Part shown: positions 1 to 10,522 of the stretch, in pieces | Numbering within the stretch: the stretch's first letter is position 1 | Layout of the letters: each line of letters begins with the position of its first letter | NCBI GenBank assembly: GCA_963712745.1 | Contig: CAVQJC010000005.1 | Coordinates: 313,488 to 377,487 of the forward strand | DNA: 64,000 nt | Reading direction: 5' to 3' | From: an uncultured Chloroflexia bacterium | GTDB lineage: Bacteria > Chloroflexota > Limnocylindria > Limnocylindrales > CSP1-4 | Program-made: the position numbers and the translations under genes | Notes under the pieces: generated by a model | Database searches by the model: none | What the model was told of the DNA's origin: nothing | Seen by the model: the letters and a program-made list of their open reading frames with translations, nothing else

Positions 1-958
1 TGACGATGGGCACGAGGATGCCCAGAGCGAGCAGAGCCAGCAGGAACTGCTGATAGCCGCGACTGGCGCTGGTCAGCGTCGACCAGGGCGCCTCGGTGAC
101 GAGACCCCAGGGTGTGCCCGGCACCGGCGCGTAGGCGGCCACGACATCCTCGCCGGCCCCGCTGGTGGTGCGAAGCGCGCCGACGCCGGAGGCGAGGACT
201 CGCCGCACGGCGTCCTCAGCGGAGAGGTCGGTGCCCGTCAACCTGAAATCGCTGTGATAGATGGCTTGGCCCTGCTCGTCCACCAAGTAGACGGACCCAC
301 CTTGGCTCAGCCGGAGGCGGATGATGCGTGCATACAGTGGACTGACAGAGGTGGGGCCGACATCGAACATGCCCACGGTCGTGCCAAGCAGCTCGCCGCC
401 CGAGCCATGGATGGGCACGCCGAGGGCCACGGTCAGGTCACCTTCGGTTCGATCCCCGATGACATCGGAGAAGACGGGCCGGTCGGAGCGGACCAGCCCA
501 AGGAGGAAGGCGTTGACCTGCTCACGGGACACTTGCAGTGAGGTCCAGTCCTCGAACGAACCGTCCGTATCCTCGGGATACGAAGCCACTGGCGAACCGA
601 ACGTGTCGAGCACGACGACGCCCCCGTCGAACAACGAAAGCGCGCCCGAGCTCTGCAACGCGGGTAACCTGGATGACCCGGCGGGCTGTGAGGCGTCCAT
701 GGTCCGGCCCACCTCTTGGAGCGCCTCGATGAACTCGTCCAGCGATGACGAGAGCTGACTGGCCGACCTCTGTGTGAGGTCCTGGTTGCGCTCGGTCACC
801 AGGACGGCCGTGACATCCTGATAGGCGAAGTAGTTGGTGGCCGCGACCGACAGGAAGAGCACAGCCGCGGGCACGAAGAACCAGGCCACGATCCTGACTC
901 GGAGCGATCGGCGCCGCCACCAGTTGGGGGGTCTCGGCGACTCGGCAGGCGACGTCAT
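1..958 (-). CDS. Membrane sensor with extracellular dCache-like domain (likely PP2C/SpoIIE phosphatase or histidine kinase), runs off the window edge
   Basis: Own translation from ATG 958 (overlaps the upstream stop): MTSPAESPRPP...SLRVRIVAWFFVPAAVLFLSV (TM)...VYLVDEQGQAIYH...VAAYAPVPGTPWGLVTE...LLALLALGILVPIV (TM2); the output domain lies outside the window. Confidence 0.7.
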   Translation of the reverse strand, partial: MTSPAESPRPPNWWRRRSLRVRIVAWFFVPAAVLFLSVAATNYFAYQDVTAVLVTERNQDLTQRSASQLSSSLDEFIEALQEVGRTMDASQPAGSSRLPALQSSGALSLFDGGVVVLDTFGSPVASYPEDTDGSFEDWTSLQVSREQVNAFLLGLVRSDRPVFSDVIGDRTEGDLTVALGVPIHGSGGELLGTTVGMFDVGPTSVSPLYARIIRLRLSQGGSVYLVDEQGQAIYHSDFRLTGTDLSAEDAVRRVLASGVGALRTTSGAGEDVVAAYAPVPGTPWGLVTEAPWSTLTSASRGYQQFLLALLALGILVPIV

Positions 959-2331
959 GGGGCCGGCTGACTCGCTTCGATCTGGTCACAGACGTCGGCC
1001 ATCTGATCGACGCTTCCCTGACCCAGCGTGAGGATGCTGTCCCAGGCCGCGTAGGCAAGCGGTATCGCGTCGGCCATGTTGGGGAACACCTCGGCTGTCA
1101 CGGAATAGCCCTTGACATGACCATCGGCAAAGGCTGCGATGTCCATCTCGGCGGCGGCTGCGGGGTACTGCTCGCGGACCATGTCCACCCAGTCATCGAC
1201 CAGGGACGCCCTCGCCGGCTGCAGGAAGTTGGCGCGGGCCATGGCCAGAGCGTACTCGTCGCTGATGAGGAACTTCAGCAGCTGCCACGCCTCCTCGGGA
1301 TGCTGGGTCCCGGCATAGATGCCGAAGCCGTCGGTCGTGGCCAGGGTGACCCTGCCGGCCGGGCCTGCTGGCAGCGGTGCGACACCAACGCGGAACGGTG
1401 CCTTGGCCAGGATGTCCTTCAGGGCCCACGAACCATCCTCCACGGTGGCCACCTTGCCCTGGATGAAGGCGTCACGGGTCGCCAGGTTCTGCACATCGAG
1501 CAACGTGGCCATGACCTTGTCGTCCCACATCCGGGCACGCAGCCATTCCACGGCCGCCAGCGCGGGATCCTCATCGAGCGCACACGAAGTCGGATTCGAG
1601 GGATCGACGATGTTCCCACCCCAGGCGTTCACGTGAACCTGCACGCGATCCCAGGAGACATCGATCATGCCGCCCCAGGTGTCGGTCGCTCCGTCGCCGT
1701 CGTCGTCCAGCGTCAGCTGGCGCATCGCGTCGAGGTATTCGTCCTGGGTCCAGCTATCGTTCGGGTAGGGGATGCCCTGAGCGTCGAAGAGGTCCTTGTT
1801 GTAGTAGAGGGCCAGGGCGCCGTGGAACTTGGGCAGGCCGTACTGCACCCCATCTGGCGTAGCCAAGGCTTCGAATTGGGCGCGATCCCAGTCGCTCAGC
1901 AGTCCAGCATCGAGGTCGCGCTCGATGAAGGGGCGGAGATCGACCAGGTACCCCTCCTGAGCCCAGATCGGGAAGAATGTGCAGCACCCTTGCATGACGT
2001 CGGGGGCCGTACCGGCGCGCATCTCCTCGAGCATGGCCTCAGCGAGGTCGTCGGGGTCGGGGGTGTAGAAGACGATGATGTTGGGGTTGAAAGCGTAGAA
2101 CCGGCTCAACATCTCTCGGGCCATCGGGGGGAACCAGTCGGTGCTCCAGTCCTGATAGGTAAGCGTCACTGGCGCCCTGGACGTCGGCTCACCGCTGTCG
2201 CTGCAGCCGGTCAGCGCGACGGCCACGATGAGGGCCAGCAGTAGACCGGGAAGTCGGCGACGTCTGGAGGGAGAGGCGGTGCCGATCGTCATGGCGGGAC
2301 TGGCTTGGCCGTCACCGTGGGCAGGACGCAC
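955..2331 (-). CDS. Sugar ABC-type extracellular solute-binding lipoprotein
   Basis: Lipobox ALTGC; AGTAPDV and LYYNKDLFD motifs of SBP family 1; the start may be ~2292. Confidence 0.85.
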   Translation of the reverse strand: MRPAHGDGQASPAMTIGTASPSRRRRLPGLLLALIVAVALTGCSDSGEPTSRAPVTLTYQDWSTDWFPPMAREMLSRFYAFNPNIIVFYTPDPDDLAEAMLEEMRAGTAPDVMQGCCTFFPIWAQEGYLVDLRPFIERDLDAGLLSDWDRAQFEALATPDGVQYGLPKFHGALALYYNKDLFDAQGIPYPNDSWTQDEYLDAMRQLTLDDDGDGATDTWGGMIDVSWDRVQVHVNAWGGNIVDPSNPTSCALDEDPALAAVEWLRARMWDDKVMATLLDVQNLATRDAFIQGKVATVEDGSWALKDILAKAPFRVGVAPLPAGPAGRVTLATTDGFGIYAGTQHPEEAWQLLKFLISDEYALAMARANFLQPARASLVDDWVDMVREQYPAAAAEMDIAAFADGHVKGYSVTAEVFPNMADAIPLAYAAWDSILTLGQGSVDQMADVCDQIEASQPAP

Positions 2332-2332
2332 G

Positions 2333-2753
2333 TCAATGCCCGATGTGCTTGACCATCGTCAGCACATTCGGCCCACCGGACGCCGCAGCCGTGGCGCGCG
2401 TCACCTCATCCATCAGCTTGTGGATGAGAAGTACCCCCATGCCACCTTCGGCGCGCACCTCCACCGGCACGTCGACCGCCAGATACGCTGCGTCTGCCTC
2501 GAAGGACTGGCCCCAGTCGGTGAGCGTGATCCGAATATCGTCGCCCACGGCCTCCATCCGCACCTGGATGTCTCCCGCCCGACCACGCTGATAAGCGTGG
2601 CGCACGATGTTGGTCGAGGCCTCCTCGACCGCGAGGTCGATGTCGAACAGCACATCGTCGGCCAATCGCAGACGCTGACCCTCGCCCCGAACGAAGTCCG
2701 AGAATCCGACGCACGTTCTCGATGGTGGCCGCCACCCGCAGCTCGTCCCGCAT
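2333..2753 (-). CDS. RsbW/SpoIIAB-like anti-sigma kinase (HATPase_c), frameshifted
   Basis: N-terminus MRDELRVAATIENVRRI in one frame; LAVEEASTNIVRHAY..D.G..EGGMGVLLIHKLMDEV in another. Confidence 0.8.
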
Positions 2754-2778
2754 GATCAGGCGCGATCCGGGGTCAGGG

Positions 2779-3129
2779 CTAGGACGTGGCGCCGGTCGAG
2801 AAGTCGGCGATGGCAGCCTCAGGCGTGTCGGTGACCGACATCAGGAGGTCGAAGCCGATGATCTTGAAGACGCGGGTCACGCGTTCGTTCAGCGCGGCAA
2901 GCTTCATGTCGCCCCCCTCGTCCCGACACTTGACGAGCACAGCGGCGAGGGAGCGGAGTCCAGCACTGCTGATGTACTCCACCTTGGACATGTCCACGAC
3001 GATCCTGCTGTGGCCTTCCGCCACGGCGGTCTGCAAGACCTGATCCAACTGCTCGGCAGCCTCCGTGTCGATCCGACCGTCCGGCTGGACCAAGGTGACA
3101 CCGTCCTCGATTCGTTGCGTGATCTCCAT
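2779..3129 (-). CDS. STAS-domain anti-anti-sigma factor (RsbV/SpoIIAA-like)
   Basis: GRID...IVVDMSKVEYISSAGLRSL motif. Confidence 0.9.
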   Translation of the reverse strand: MEITQRIEDGVTLVQPDGRIDTEAAEQLDQVLQTAVAEGHSRIVVDMSKVEYISSAGLRSLAAVLVKCRDEGGDMKLAALNERVTRVFKIIGFDLLMSVTDTPEAAIADFSTGATS

Positions 3130-3142
3130 CGGTTCCCGCCTC

Positions 3143-3853
3143 CTAGTGTCTGCTGGCCAGTCGAGCGTCGACCTCCCCGGCGCTCACAAGAAGTCCGTCG
3201 CGCACCTCTTCGACGCGCGGGATGCGGCCGGCGAGCTCGCGGTCGTGCGTGACCATGACGATGGTCTTGCCCTGCTCCACCAATTCGCCGAAGAGCTCGA
3301 AGACCAGACCGGCTGACACCGTGTCCAGGTTGCCGGTCGGTTCATCGCCGACGATCAGGTCGGGGTCGTTGACCAGGGCCCGCGCGATGGCCGAGCGCTG
3401 CTGCTGGCCGCCCGAGATCTGGCTGGGGTACTTGTCCGCGGTCTCGGGCACTTCGACGAGCTTGAGCACTTCCATGGCTCGCTCCCGGCGCTGCCCCTCG
3501 TAGGTGCCGCAGTACTGCATCGGCAGCATCACGTTCTCGAGTACGGTCAGGGTCGGCATCAGCTGGAAGAACTGGAACACGACGCCCACGTTCTTGCCGC
3601 GCCACTTGGCGACCTTGTTCTCGCTCAGCTCTGTCAAGCGTTCGCCGGCCACGTGGACCTCACCTGCCGTGGGACGATCGATGCCGGTCATCATGTTGAT
3701 GAGCGTGCTCTTGCCACTCCCCGATGGCCCGACGACCGCAACGAACTCACGAGGCTGGATCTCCAGGTCGACGCCTCGAAGCGCGGTGAATGGGCCCGCC
3801 TTCGTCTTGAAGACCTTGCGCACCCCTTCGAGGCTGACAAGGGCATCGTTCAT
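3143..3853 (-). CDS. ABC exporter ATP-binding protein (LolD/MacB-like)
   Basis: [24 protein letters not shown]. Confidence 0.92.
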   Translation of the reverse strand: MNDALVSLEGVRKVFKTKAGPFTALRGVDLEIQPREFVAVVGPSGSGKSTLINMMTGIDRPTAGEVHVAGERLTELSENKVAKWRGKNVGVVFQFFQLMPTLTVLENVMLPMQYCGTYEGQRRERAMEVLKLVEVPETADKYPSQISGGQQQRSAIARALVNDPDLIVGDEPTGNLDTVSAGLVFELFGELVEQGKTIVMVTHDRELAGRIPRVEEVRDGLLVSAGEVDARLASRH

Positions 3854-3872
3854 CTCTCGTCCTTCTTCGTGC

Positions 3873-6300
3873 TCACTGATACCTGAGGATCTCTGACACT
3901 GTCTTGCGCGCAGCGCTCAGGGAAGGTCCGAGGCTGGCGAGGACGGTGATCACGACCATGCCGATGAGGCCGATCCAGAGGGCGATCGGGTCGAAGCCGA
4001 TACCCTCTATCCCGATCTCCATGCTCTCGAGCAGCGCCCCGGCGATGAGGTAGCTCAAGGGCACGGCCACGAGCCAGGCCGACAGGCCCACCAGTATGCC
4101 CTCCGTCAGGAACTGACTGGCGATGGTGAGCGAGCCGGCACCGATGGAGCGCATGATGCCGATCTCCCTCAGCCGTTCGAAGACACTCATCGAGAGCGTG
4201 GACAGCAGGCCGATCGCGCCGATGATGGCCATCACGATCGCGGCGATCTGGAAGATGGCGCCGAACATCGTGATCATCTGGGCGATGTCCTCGGCGAACT
4301 TGACCTGGTTGACCTGGCTGGAAACGATCCCGTCGGCCAGCAGGACCTCGTCAAGCTCGCTGATGACCTCGTCGACCTCTGCGACGGTGGGGTCCGGGTC
4401 TGACAGTCGGATCATCAGCGTGGTGGGAACCGGCTTGCCTTGCGCGTCGACCGACCCGACCAGCTCAGCCAGTTCCTGCCACTCCATGAACCCTTGGTCG
4501 ACGAGGAATGACGCGATACCGATGATCTCGACGTCGACACGCTGTCCCTGGGCCACCAGCGTGACGGTGTCGCCGACGGTCTTGCCCAAGTTATCAGCAA
4601 CACCTTGGGTCAAGACGAGACCTGAGCGTACCGGGTCGTCCTGCCATGCCCTGCCAGCCTTGATATCGAGTCTCATCGAGTCGGCCGCGGGGGCCAGCCC
4701 AGTCATCTGCAGCTGGCGCGTGCCGGTGTCTGGAGAGACATAGTCCTCGAGTTCGACGGACAGACCGATGCCCGGGTCCACCGCCTCGATCCGAGGGACT
4801 CCATCGAGGACCAGAGCGCGCACGTGATCGAAGTCCTGTCGCTCGTTCGGGATGACAGTGATCTGGGCGTTGAAGGTATCGAATATCTCGCCGATCTTGT
4901 CATTGATCGAGACGAACATCCCGAAGATGCCCATGAACGCCGCGGCGGCCAGCGTCAGCGTCAGCCACGTCAGCGCCAGCCGGCCCTTCTTGCGCAGCAC
5001 GTTGGTGACGGCTTGCCTGGAATTCGTGGGCAGCGGCACGGACTTGAAGGCGCGGGACCAGCGGCTGGTGCCGTAATCGGCCGAGATGCCCACGTCGGTC
5101 ATCGCCTGCAGGATGGTCACACGAGTTCCGAGGAACACGGGCACGATCGCCGCCAGGAAGGGGATGGCCAGCCCCATCACGAGCCCGACGACGATGGCAA
5201 CCTGAGAAAGGGCGAACCCGTCGATATAGGTCAGCATCACCTCATCGATGCCCTGGGCCATGAGGACGCCCAGATAGGAACCAAGGAGTACGCCCGGGAT
5301 CGCCCCCATCACGCCGAAGGTGATGGCGATGCCGGCGTAGATGACGAAGTTGTCCCAGCGCGTCGCGCCGAGTGACTTCATCACGCCGATCTGCCGCTTG
5401 TCCTCCCCCACGATGCTGTTGATGACGTTCAGCACGAGCAGACCGGCAACGATCATGGCGATGATCCCGAGCATGCTGAGCATGCTGGTCATCTCCTCGG
5501 TCTGGGTGATGTAGAAGCTCTCCGTAGGATCGTCGGTGTAGCTGTATACCGCGATGTAGGGCGTCTCCTGGGCGATGGTGGCGTACAGGCCGTCAGCCTG
5601 CGCCTGGGCTGTGGGGTAATCGGTGTAGCGGGCATACAGCGTGCTGAACCCCACGAACCCGCCCAGCGTCTGCGCATCATCGAACGCCGCGAACAGGCTG
5701 GCGTCACTGGGGACCGGCATTCCCATGCTGCCGTACGAGGCGTAGGGCATGAACATGAGCCCGGTGATGGTCCAGGGTTCTCCCTCAGCGTCACCGCCAG
5801 CGGAGCGCAGCACGATCTGGTCGCCGACTCTCATCCCGTGCTTGTCCGCCATCCGCTTCTCGACGGCGATCTCGTGCTGGCCGGCGATCGGGTAGCGGCC
5901 ATCGCCGACGAGCCGCATCGGCTGGATCGGCGATCTCGTCGAATGGCTCCCAGGCAGCAAGGATGAAGGCGTCCCCGAACTCATCGTCGCCGGGCAGCTT
6001 CCACGACAACGGCTGCACGGCTCGCCCTTCCACGCGTGTGACGCCAGGTACCTCTTGCAGCGCGCCCAGGTAGGCTTCGTTATCCAGCTCGGAACCACCT
6101 GGAGCTGATACGAAGACCGCCTGCATCGCCAGGTCCTCTTCCCTGAGGTCCTGCTTCAGCTGGCTCGTGAGCAGGTCGCCCGCCGACAGGAGCGTCACCA
6201 CGCCCAGGACTCCGACGAAGATGGCCGTGGAGGCCATGAGCGCGCGGCTCCTCCTCGCCCACACGTCGCGGAAGATCTTACGTAGACGAGATCCGATCAT
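3873..6300 (-). CDS. FtsX/MacB-like ABC permease, frameshifted near 5930
   Basis: ORF 5791-6300 (KIFRDVWARRSR N-terminus) joins ORF 3873-6098 (RQIGVMKSLGA and ERLREIGIMRSIGA FtsX motifs). Confidence 0.85.
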
Positions 6301-6313
6301 GCGTCTGCCCCGC

Positions 6314-7057
6314 CTACAGGCTCGCCAGCCGCGCGGCTTGCCGCTCTCGCGTCCGACGCTTGGCGGCCGCCTCCAGCGGCGTGGAATCGATCAGCCCATC
6401 GCTGATCTTCAGCACCATGGGCACGTCCTGGACGACCTCTCGATCGTGCGTGACGATGACCACCGTCTGACCCTGATCCATCAACTCGTAGAAGGTCTCG
6501 AAGACGACGGCGGCGCTCATGTGGTCCAGGTTGCCGGTGGGCTCGTCGCCGACGAGGAGCACGGGATCGTTGGCCAGGGCTCGGGCGATGGCGACGCGTT
6601 GCTGTTGCCCACCCGATAGCAGGTCCGGGGTCTTGTGCGCCTGGCTTGCCACGTCGAACCGCTCCAGCAGCGCCAGGGCCTTCTCACTTCGCTCCTGCCG
6701 GTCATGAACGCGCGCGAAGTCCATGGGCATCATCACGTTCTCCAGCACGGTCAGGGTGGGCAGCAGCTGGAAGAACTGGAAGACGATGCCGATGTTGCGT
6801 GCACGCCAGCGCGTCAGCTTGCGTTCACTGGTTGTCGAGACGTCAACGCCGTCGACCACCACCATGCCCGAGGTCGGCCTGTCGATGCCCGTGAGCATGT
6901 TCAGGAACGTGGACTTGCCGCCGCCAGAGGGACCCACGAGGGCGATGAACTCCCCTCGCCCGATCTCCAGGTCGATGCCCTGCAGGACCCCGAGGGGGCC
7001 GGCCGGCGTCTGGTAGGTCTTCACGAGGTCGTTGATCTGGACCAGCGGCTCAGGCAC
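6314..7057 (-). CDS. ABC exporter ATP-binding protein
   Basis: [24 protein letters not shown]; GTG start at 7057 after a GGAGAAGA RBS. Confidence 0.9.
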   Translation of the reverse strand: MPEPLVQINDLVKTYQTPAGPLGVLQGIDLEIGRGEFIALVGPSGGGKSTFLNMLTGIDRPTSGMVVVDGVDVSTTSERKLTRWRARNIGIVFQFFQLLPTLTVLENVMMPMDFARVHDRQERSEKALALLERFDVASQAHKTPDLLSGGQQQRVAIARALANDPVLLVGDEPTGNLDHMSAAVVFETFYELMDQGQTVVIVTHDREVVQDVPMVLKISDGLIDSTPLEAAAKRRTRERQAARLASL

Positions 7058-7369
7058 GATTCTTCTCCGCTGTGGACCGGCTCCACGAGATAGTGGGTCC
7101 GTAGTGGTCCTGCGAGAGCATCCGGGTGACCGTCCCGTGAAAGGCGACCCAGAGGCTAGTGCCGGATGGACCCCATGTGCGAGAGTCCTTCCGACCGCAG
7201 TGCTGCCAGCCGCCGGTGCGGGTAACTGATCAAGATGTCGGCCGAGAGGCCGATGGAAGCAACGGATGGAAGCAGCGCCGGCGGACACGTCCGGACACTC
7301 GCCACCGATTCCCCTGATTCGAGCGTGGATGACGTCATCGGCAGACGCCCACGGACACTTCGACGCAGA

Positions 7370-7414
7370 TTCGTAAACAGCAGGTCCTCGGTTCAAATCC
7401 GAGTGTCGGCTCCA
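7370..7414 (+). repeat. tRNA-Thr(CGU) 3'-half att-like repeat, copy 1
   Basis: TTCGTAA ACAGC AGGTC CTCGG TTCAAAT CCGAG TGTCGGC T CCA = anticodon loop, 3' stem, variable loop, T-arm, acceptor 3' strand and CCA; no 5' half upstream. Confidence 0.92.
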
Positions 7415-7495
7415 CTCCCCAAGCGAGAAGCGGCCCGTTTCGGGCTGTCCGTGGGCTCAAGCCGCGGGGCCTGAAACCAGCGATGGATCCCTGAG

Positions 7496-7580
7496 CCCTC
7501 GACTATGCGCGAGAACCTCGATGTCTTCGGATCCGAACTGGCGCCGCCCGATGTCGAGATCACCGAAGCACCAGATCGCG
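7496..7580 (+). pseudogene. C-terminal remnant of an aldo/keto reductase
   Basis: Translates PSTMRENLDVFGSELAPPDVEITEAPDR, resembling the AKR C-terminal 'RENLDVFDFEL' motif; no upstream part. Confidence 0.5.
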
Positions 7581-7629
7581 CGTGCGCAAGAACGGTACTG
7601 ATGGACGTGCATGAACGGTATTAGACAGC

Positions 7630-8886
7630 GTGCGAAAGTGGTATCGTCGCGACGTGACCGAGTATCGCCCACGACTCATCGACGACACGCTCGTGGAGAT
7701 GCTGACAGAGCTTCCGGCGCTCTTCCTCACTGGACCGCGGGCATCGGGAAAGACCACCACGGCGGCACGGCACGCAGCGACGACCGTGCGCCTCGACCGC
7801 AGCGCGGAGGCTGTGGCGTTCCGAGCTGACCCGGATGCCGCACTCCGCGGTCTGGCTGAGCCCGTCCTGCTCGACGAGTGGCAGGTCGTCCCTGATGTCA
7901 TCGGTGCCGTCAAGCGTGCCGTCGATGACGACCCGCGTCCGGGCCGCTTCATCGTGGCCGGCTCCGTTCGAGGCGACTTCCAGGGTGATCTCTGGCCCGG
8001 GACGGGCCGCCTGACCCGCATCCCGCTCTTCGGCATGAGCGTCCGCGAGCAGCTTGGCCTGACGACCTCCGAACCCTTCCTCGACCGTGTCGCATCCGAG
8101 TCGGACCTCCACGGCGCCGCTGACAGTCCGGACCTTCGGGGCTACGTGGAGTTGCTGCTTCGGAGCGGCTTCCCCGAGCCAGCGCTCCGCCTCGGAGCAG
8201 AGGCCAGACGGCGCTGGCTCGAGAGCTACGTGGAGCACCTGCTTGCCCGTGACGCAGAGGAGGTCGATGGAGGCAGAGACCCAGCTCGACTGCGTCGATA
8301 CCTCGAGGCGTACGCACTCAACACGGCTGGGATCGTGCGCGATACCACCTTCCTCGAGGCCGCTGGGATCAACCGCAAGACCGGATCCGCATACGAGCGC
8401 TTGCTTGCCAACCTCCTCGTGGTCGAATCGATGCCGGCATGGACATCGAACCGGCTGAAGCGGCTAGCCCTGTCACCGAAGCGCTACGTCATCGATCCTG
8501 CCATCGCGGCCGCCGTGCTCGGCCTCGATGTCGACCTGGTGATGCGGAATGGCGATCTGCTCGGACGCCTGCTCGACACGTTCGTCCTCGCCCAGCTGCG
8601 AGCTGAGCTCGCTGTCACGGATGCTCGGCCGCGCCTGTATCACGTACGCCAACGAGAGGGACGGCTCGAGATCGATCTCCTTGCTGAGTTGGCCGGGGGT
8701 CGGCTTGTCGCCGTCGAAGTCAAGGCTGACGCCTCTCCAGGACCTGCTAGTGCGCGTCATCTCGCTGCGCTCCGGGATCGTCACCAGGAGAGGTTCGTGA
8801 CAGGTGTCGTACTTCATACCGGTCCGCGAACATACATGCTCGGCGACCGACTGGTGGCTGCCCCGATCTCTACGCTGTGGGCATGA
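7630..8886 (+). CDS. AAA+ ATPase with C-terminal DUF4143 / PD-(D/E)xK-like domain
   Basis: LTGPRASGKTT, LLDEWQ, PKRYVIDP, EIDLL...VAVEVK. Confidence 0.88.
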   Translation: MRKWYRRDVTEYRPRLIDDTLVEMLTELPALFLTGPRASGKTTTAARHAATTVRLDRSAEAVAFRADPDAALRGLAEPVLLDEWQVVPDVIGAVKRAVDDDPRPGRFIVAGSVRGDFQGDLWPGTGRLTRIPLFGMSVREQLGLTTSEPFLDRVASESDLHGAADSPDLRGYVELLLRSGFPEPALRLGAEARRRWLESYVEHLLARDAEEVDGGRDPARLRRYLEAYALNTAGIVRDTTFLEAAGINRKTGSAYERLLANLLVVESMPAWTSNRLKRLALSPKRYVIDPAIAAAVLGLDVDLVMRNGDLLGRLLDTFVLAQLRAELAVTDARPRLYHVRQREGRLEIDLLAELAGGRLVAVEVKADASPGPASARHLAALRDRHQERFVTGVVLHTGPRTYMLGDRLVAAPISTLWA

Positions 8887-8908
8887 GCGCGGCGGCACAT
8901 CCTCGCGA

Positions 8909-8953
8909 TTCGTAAACAGCAGGTCCTCGGTTCGAATCCGAGTGTCGGCTCCA
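8909..8953 (+). repeat. tRNA-Thr 3'-half att-like repeat, copy 2
   Basis: CCTCGCGA-TTCGTAAACAGCAGGTCCTCGGTTCGAATCCGAGTGTCGGCTCCA; TGACCCCTG x2 at 9012 and 9024. Confidence 0.93.
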
Positions 8954-9122
8954 CTTCCACAAGCGTGAATTCGCCCGTTTCGGGCTGGTCCTTGGTGGAA
9001 GCGGCAGGGCCTGACCCCTGCGTTGACCCCTGCGTAACCCGTCAATCTGGCATTGACTTTGACGGTTTAGAACCGATACTGCCATCCAAGGCGTCAGAGT
9101 CAACGGGAGATCGACAGGCTTC

Positions 9123-10334
9123 ATGACATGGCTTGAACGGCGCTGGGAAGGCGATCCCAGCGCGGTGGGCGGACGGAGGGCACGCCAGTCGTTCACGTAC
9201 CGCGCGTTCCTGCCCGACCCGATCGCCGCGATCCGACCGGTCGTCAGCTTCGAGACGGCCGATCTCATCACCCGGGCCGAAGCCGCCATCCGCGACCTCA
9301 ACGCCGAGGATCGGGTCCAGGGGCTCGAGGCCATCGGTGCGCTGCTCCTCCGCTCCGAAGCCATCGCCTCCAGCCGGATCGAAGGTATCGAGCTGAGCCA
9401 ACGGAACCTGGCTCGAGCCCTCATCGACCCGCGTGCGAGCAAGGGCAGCGCGCGCGCTGTGGCCGCGAACGTGCTGGCCATGGAGGAGGCCATCGAAGAT
9501 GCCTCGGTCGGCGCCGATCTGACCGTGGCGAGCATCGAGGCGATCCACCGCACCCTCATGGCCGATGAGCCCGAGCGAGTCATGGGGGGCCGGTTCCGCG
9601 CCGAGCAGAACTGGATCGGTGGTCGTCGCAGCAACCCGTCGGATGCCCGCTACATCCCGCCGCCCGAGGACCAGGTGCCCGCGCTCATGGGCGATCTGGT
9701 CGACTTCATCAACCGTGATGACCTGCCGGCCGTGGCGCAGGCGGCCATCGCCCACGCGCAGTTCGAGACGATCCACCCGTTCGTCGATGGCAATGGCCGG
9801 GTGGGACGCTGCCTGATCCATGTCGTCCTGCGGCGCAGGGACGTCGCGCGGTCGTTCGTTCCGCCCGTGTCGATCGTGCTCGCTGCCAGGCCGGAGGAGT
9901 ATGTCTCCGGCCTGGTCGACTTCCGCGAGGGCAGGCTCGAGTCGTGGTGCGCTGCCTTCGCCGAAGCGTCTCGATTCGCGGCGGAGTCATCGGCCGGCCT
10001 GGCCGCGCAAGTGGCCGCGCTCCAGTCAGAGTGGCGCGAGCGCGCCGGGCGGCCACGGCGAGACTCGGCTGCGGCCCGCATCATCGGCGTCCTGCCGGCG
10101 CAGCCGGTCGCCTCCGCCGCCACCATCCGCGGTGCCATCGGGGCACGCCATCAGCGAGCACTCGAGGGGCTCAAGGTGCTCGCCGACGCGGGGGTGCTGG
10201 GGCAGATCAGCGCCGGGACCTACGACCGCCAGTACGCGGCGGATGAGCTGTTCGAGCTGATCGAGGTCTACGAAGCCGAGGTGGCTGATCGCACCCGACG
10301 TGCCGAGAGCCCGGCAGATACCTCTAGTTCATAG
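9123..10334 (+). CDS. Fic family protein
   Basis: Canonical HPFVDGNGRVGR; N-terminal EAIASSRIEG inhibitory-type motif. Confidence 0.92.
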   Translation: MTWLERRWEGDPSAVGGRRARQSFTYRAFLPDPIAAIRPVVSFETADLITRAEAAIRDLNAEDRVQGLEAIGALLLRSEAIASSRIEGIELSQRNLARALIDPRASKGSARAVAANVLAMEEAIEDASVGADLTVASIEAIHRTLMADEPERVMGGRFRAEQNWIGGRRSNPSDARYIPPPEDQVPALMGDLVDFINRDDLPAVAQAAIAHAQFETIHPFVDGNGRVGRCLIHVVLRRRDVARSFVPPVSIVLAARPEEYVSGLVDFREGRLESWCAAFAEASRFAAESSAGLAAQVAALQSEWRERAGRPRRDSAAARIIGVLPAQPVASAATIRGAIGARHQRALEGLKVLADAGVLGQISAGTYDRQYAADELFELIEVYEAEVADRTRRAESPADTSSS

Positions 10335-10371
10335 ACCGCAGGTCCTCGTCCACGTCCGAGTGTCGGCTCGC
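10328..10371 (+). repeat. Degenerate tRNA-Thr 3'-half repeat, copy 3
   Basis: TTCATAGACCGCAGGTCCTCGTCCACGTCCGAGTGTCGGCTC followed by the conserved CCCCACGCGTGA...GGGCTG. Confidence 0.8.
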
Positions 10372-10522
10372 CCCACGCGTGATGCTGCCGGCGTTGGGCT
10401 GCTCGCGGTCAGCTCGACCGAACGCGGCACCGTGGCTAAACCCTGGGGTTGGTGGCGGATCGACCCGTAGCTGCGAGTCCGCCACATCGAGATGACCGTC
10501 TTGGCCTCGCCATCGGGTAGTC

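Noticed and set aside
6314-7396. Recurring ORF peptides such as MNRGPAVYE, FVNSRSSVQIRVSAPLP and EPTLGFEPRTCCLR as a protein family
   Set aside because: They are translations of the tRNA-derived repeat in various frames.
7330-7414. Intact tRNA-Thr genes at the repeat copies
   Set aside because: No copy has the 5' half: no GCCGACA acceptor strand, D-arm or GCTGT anticodon stem upstream.
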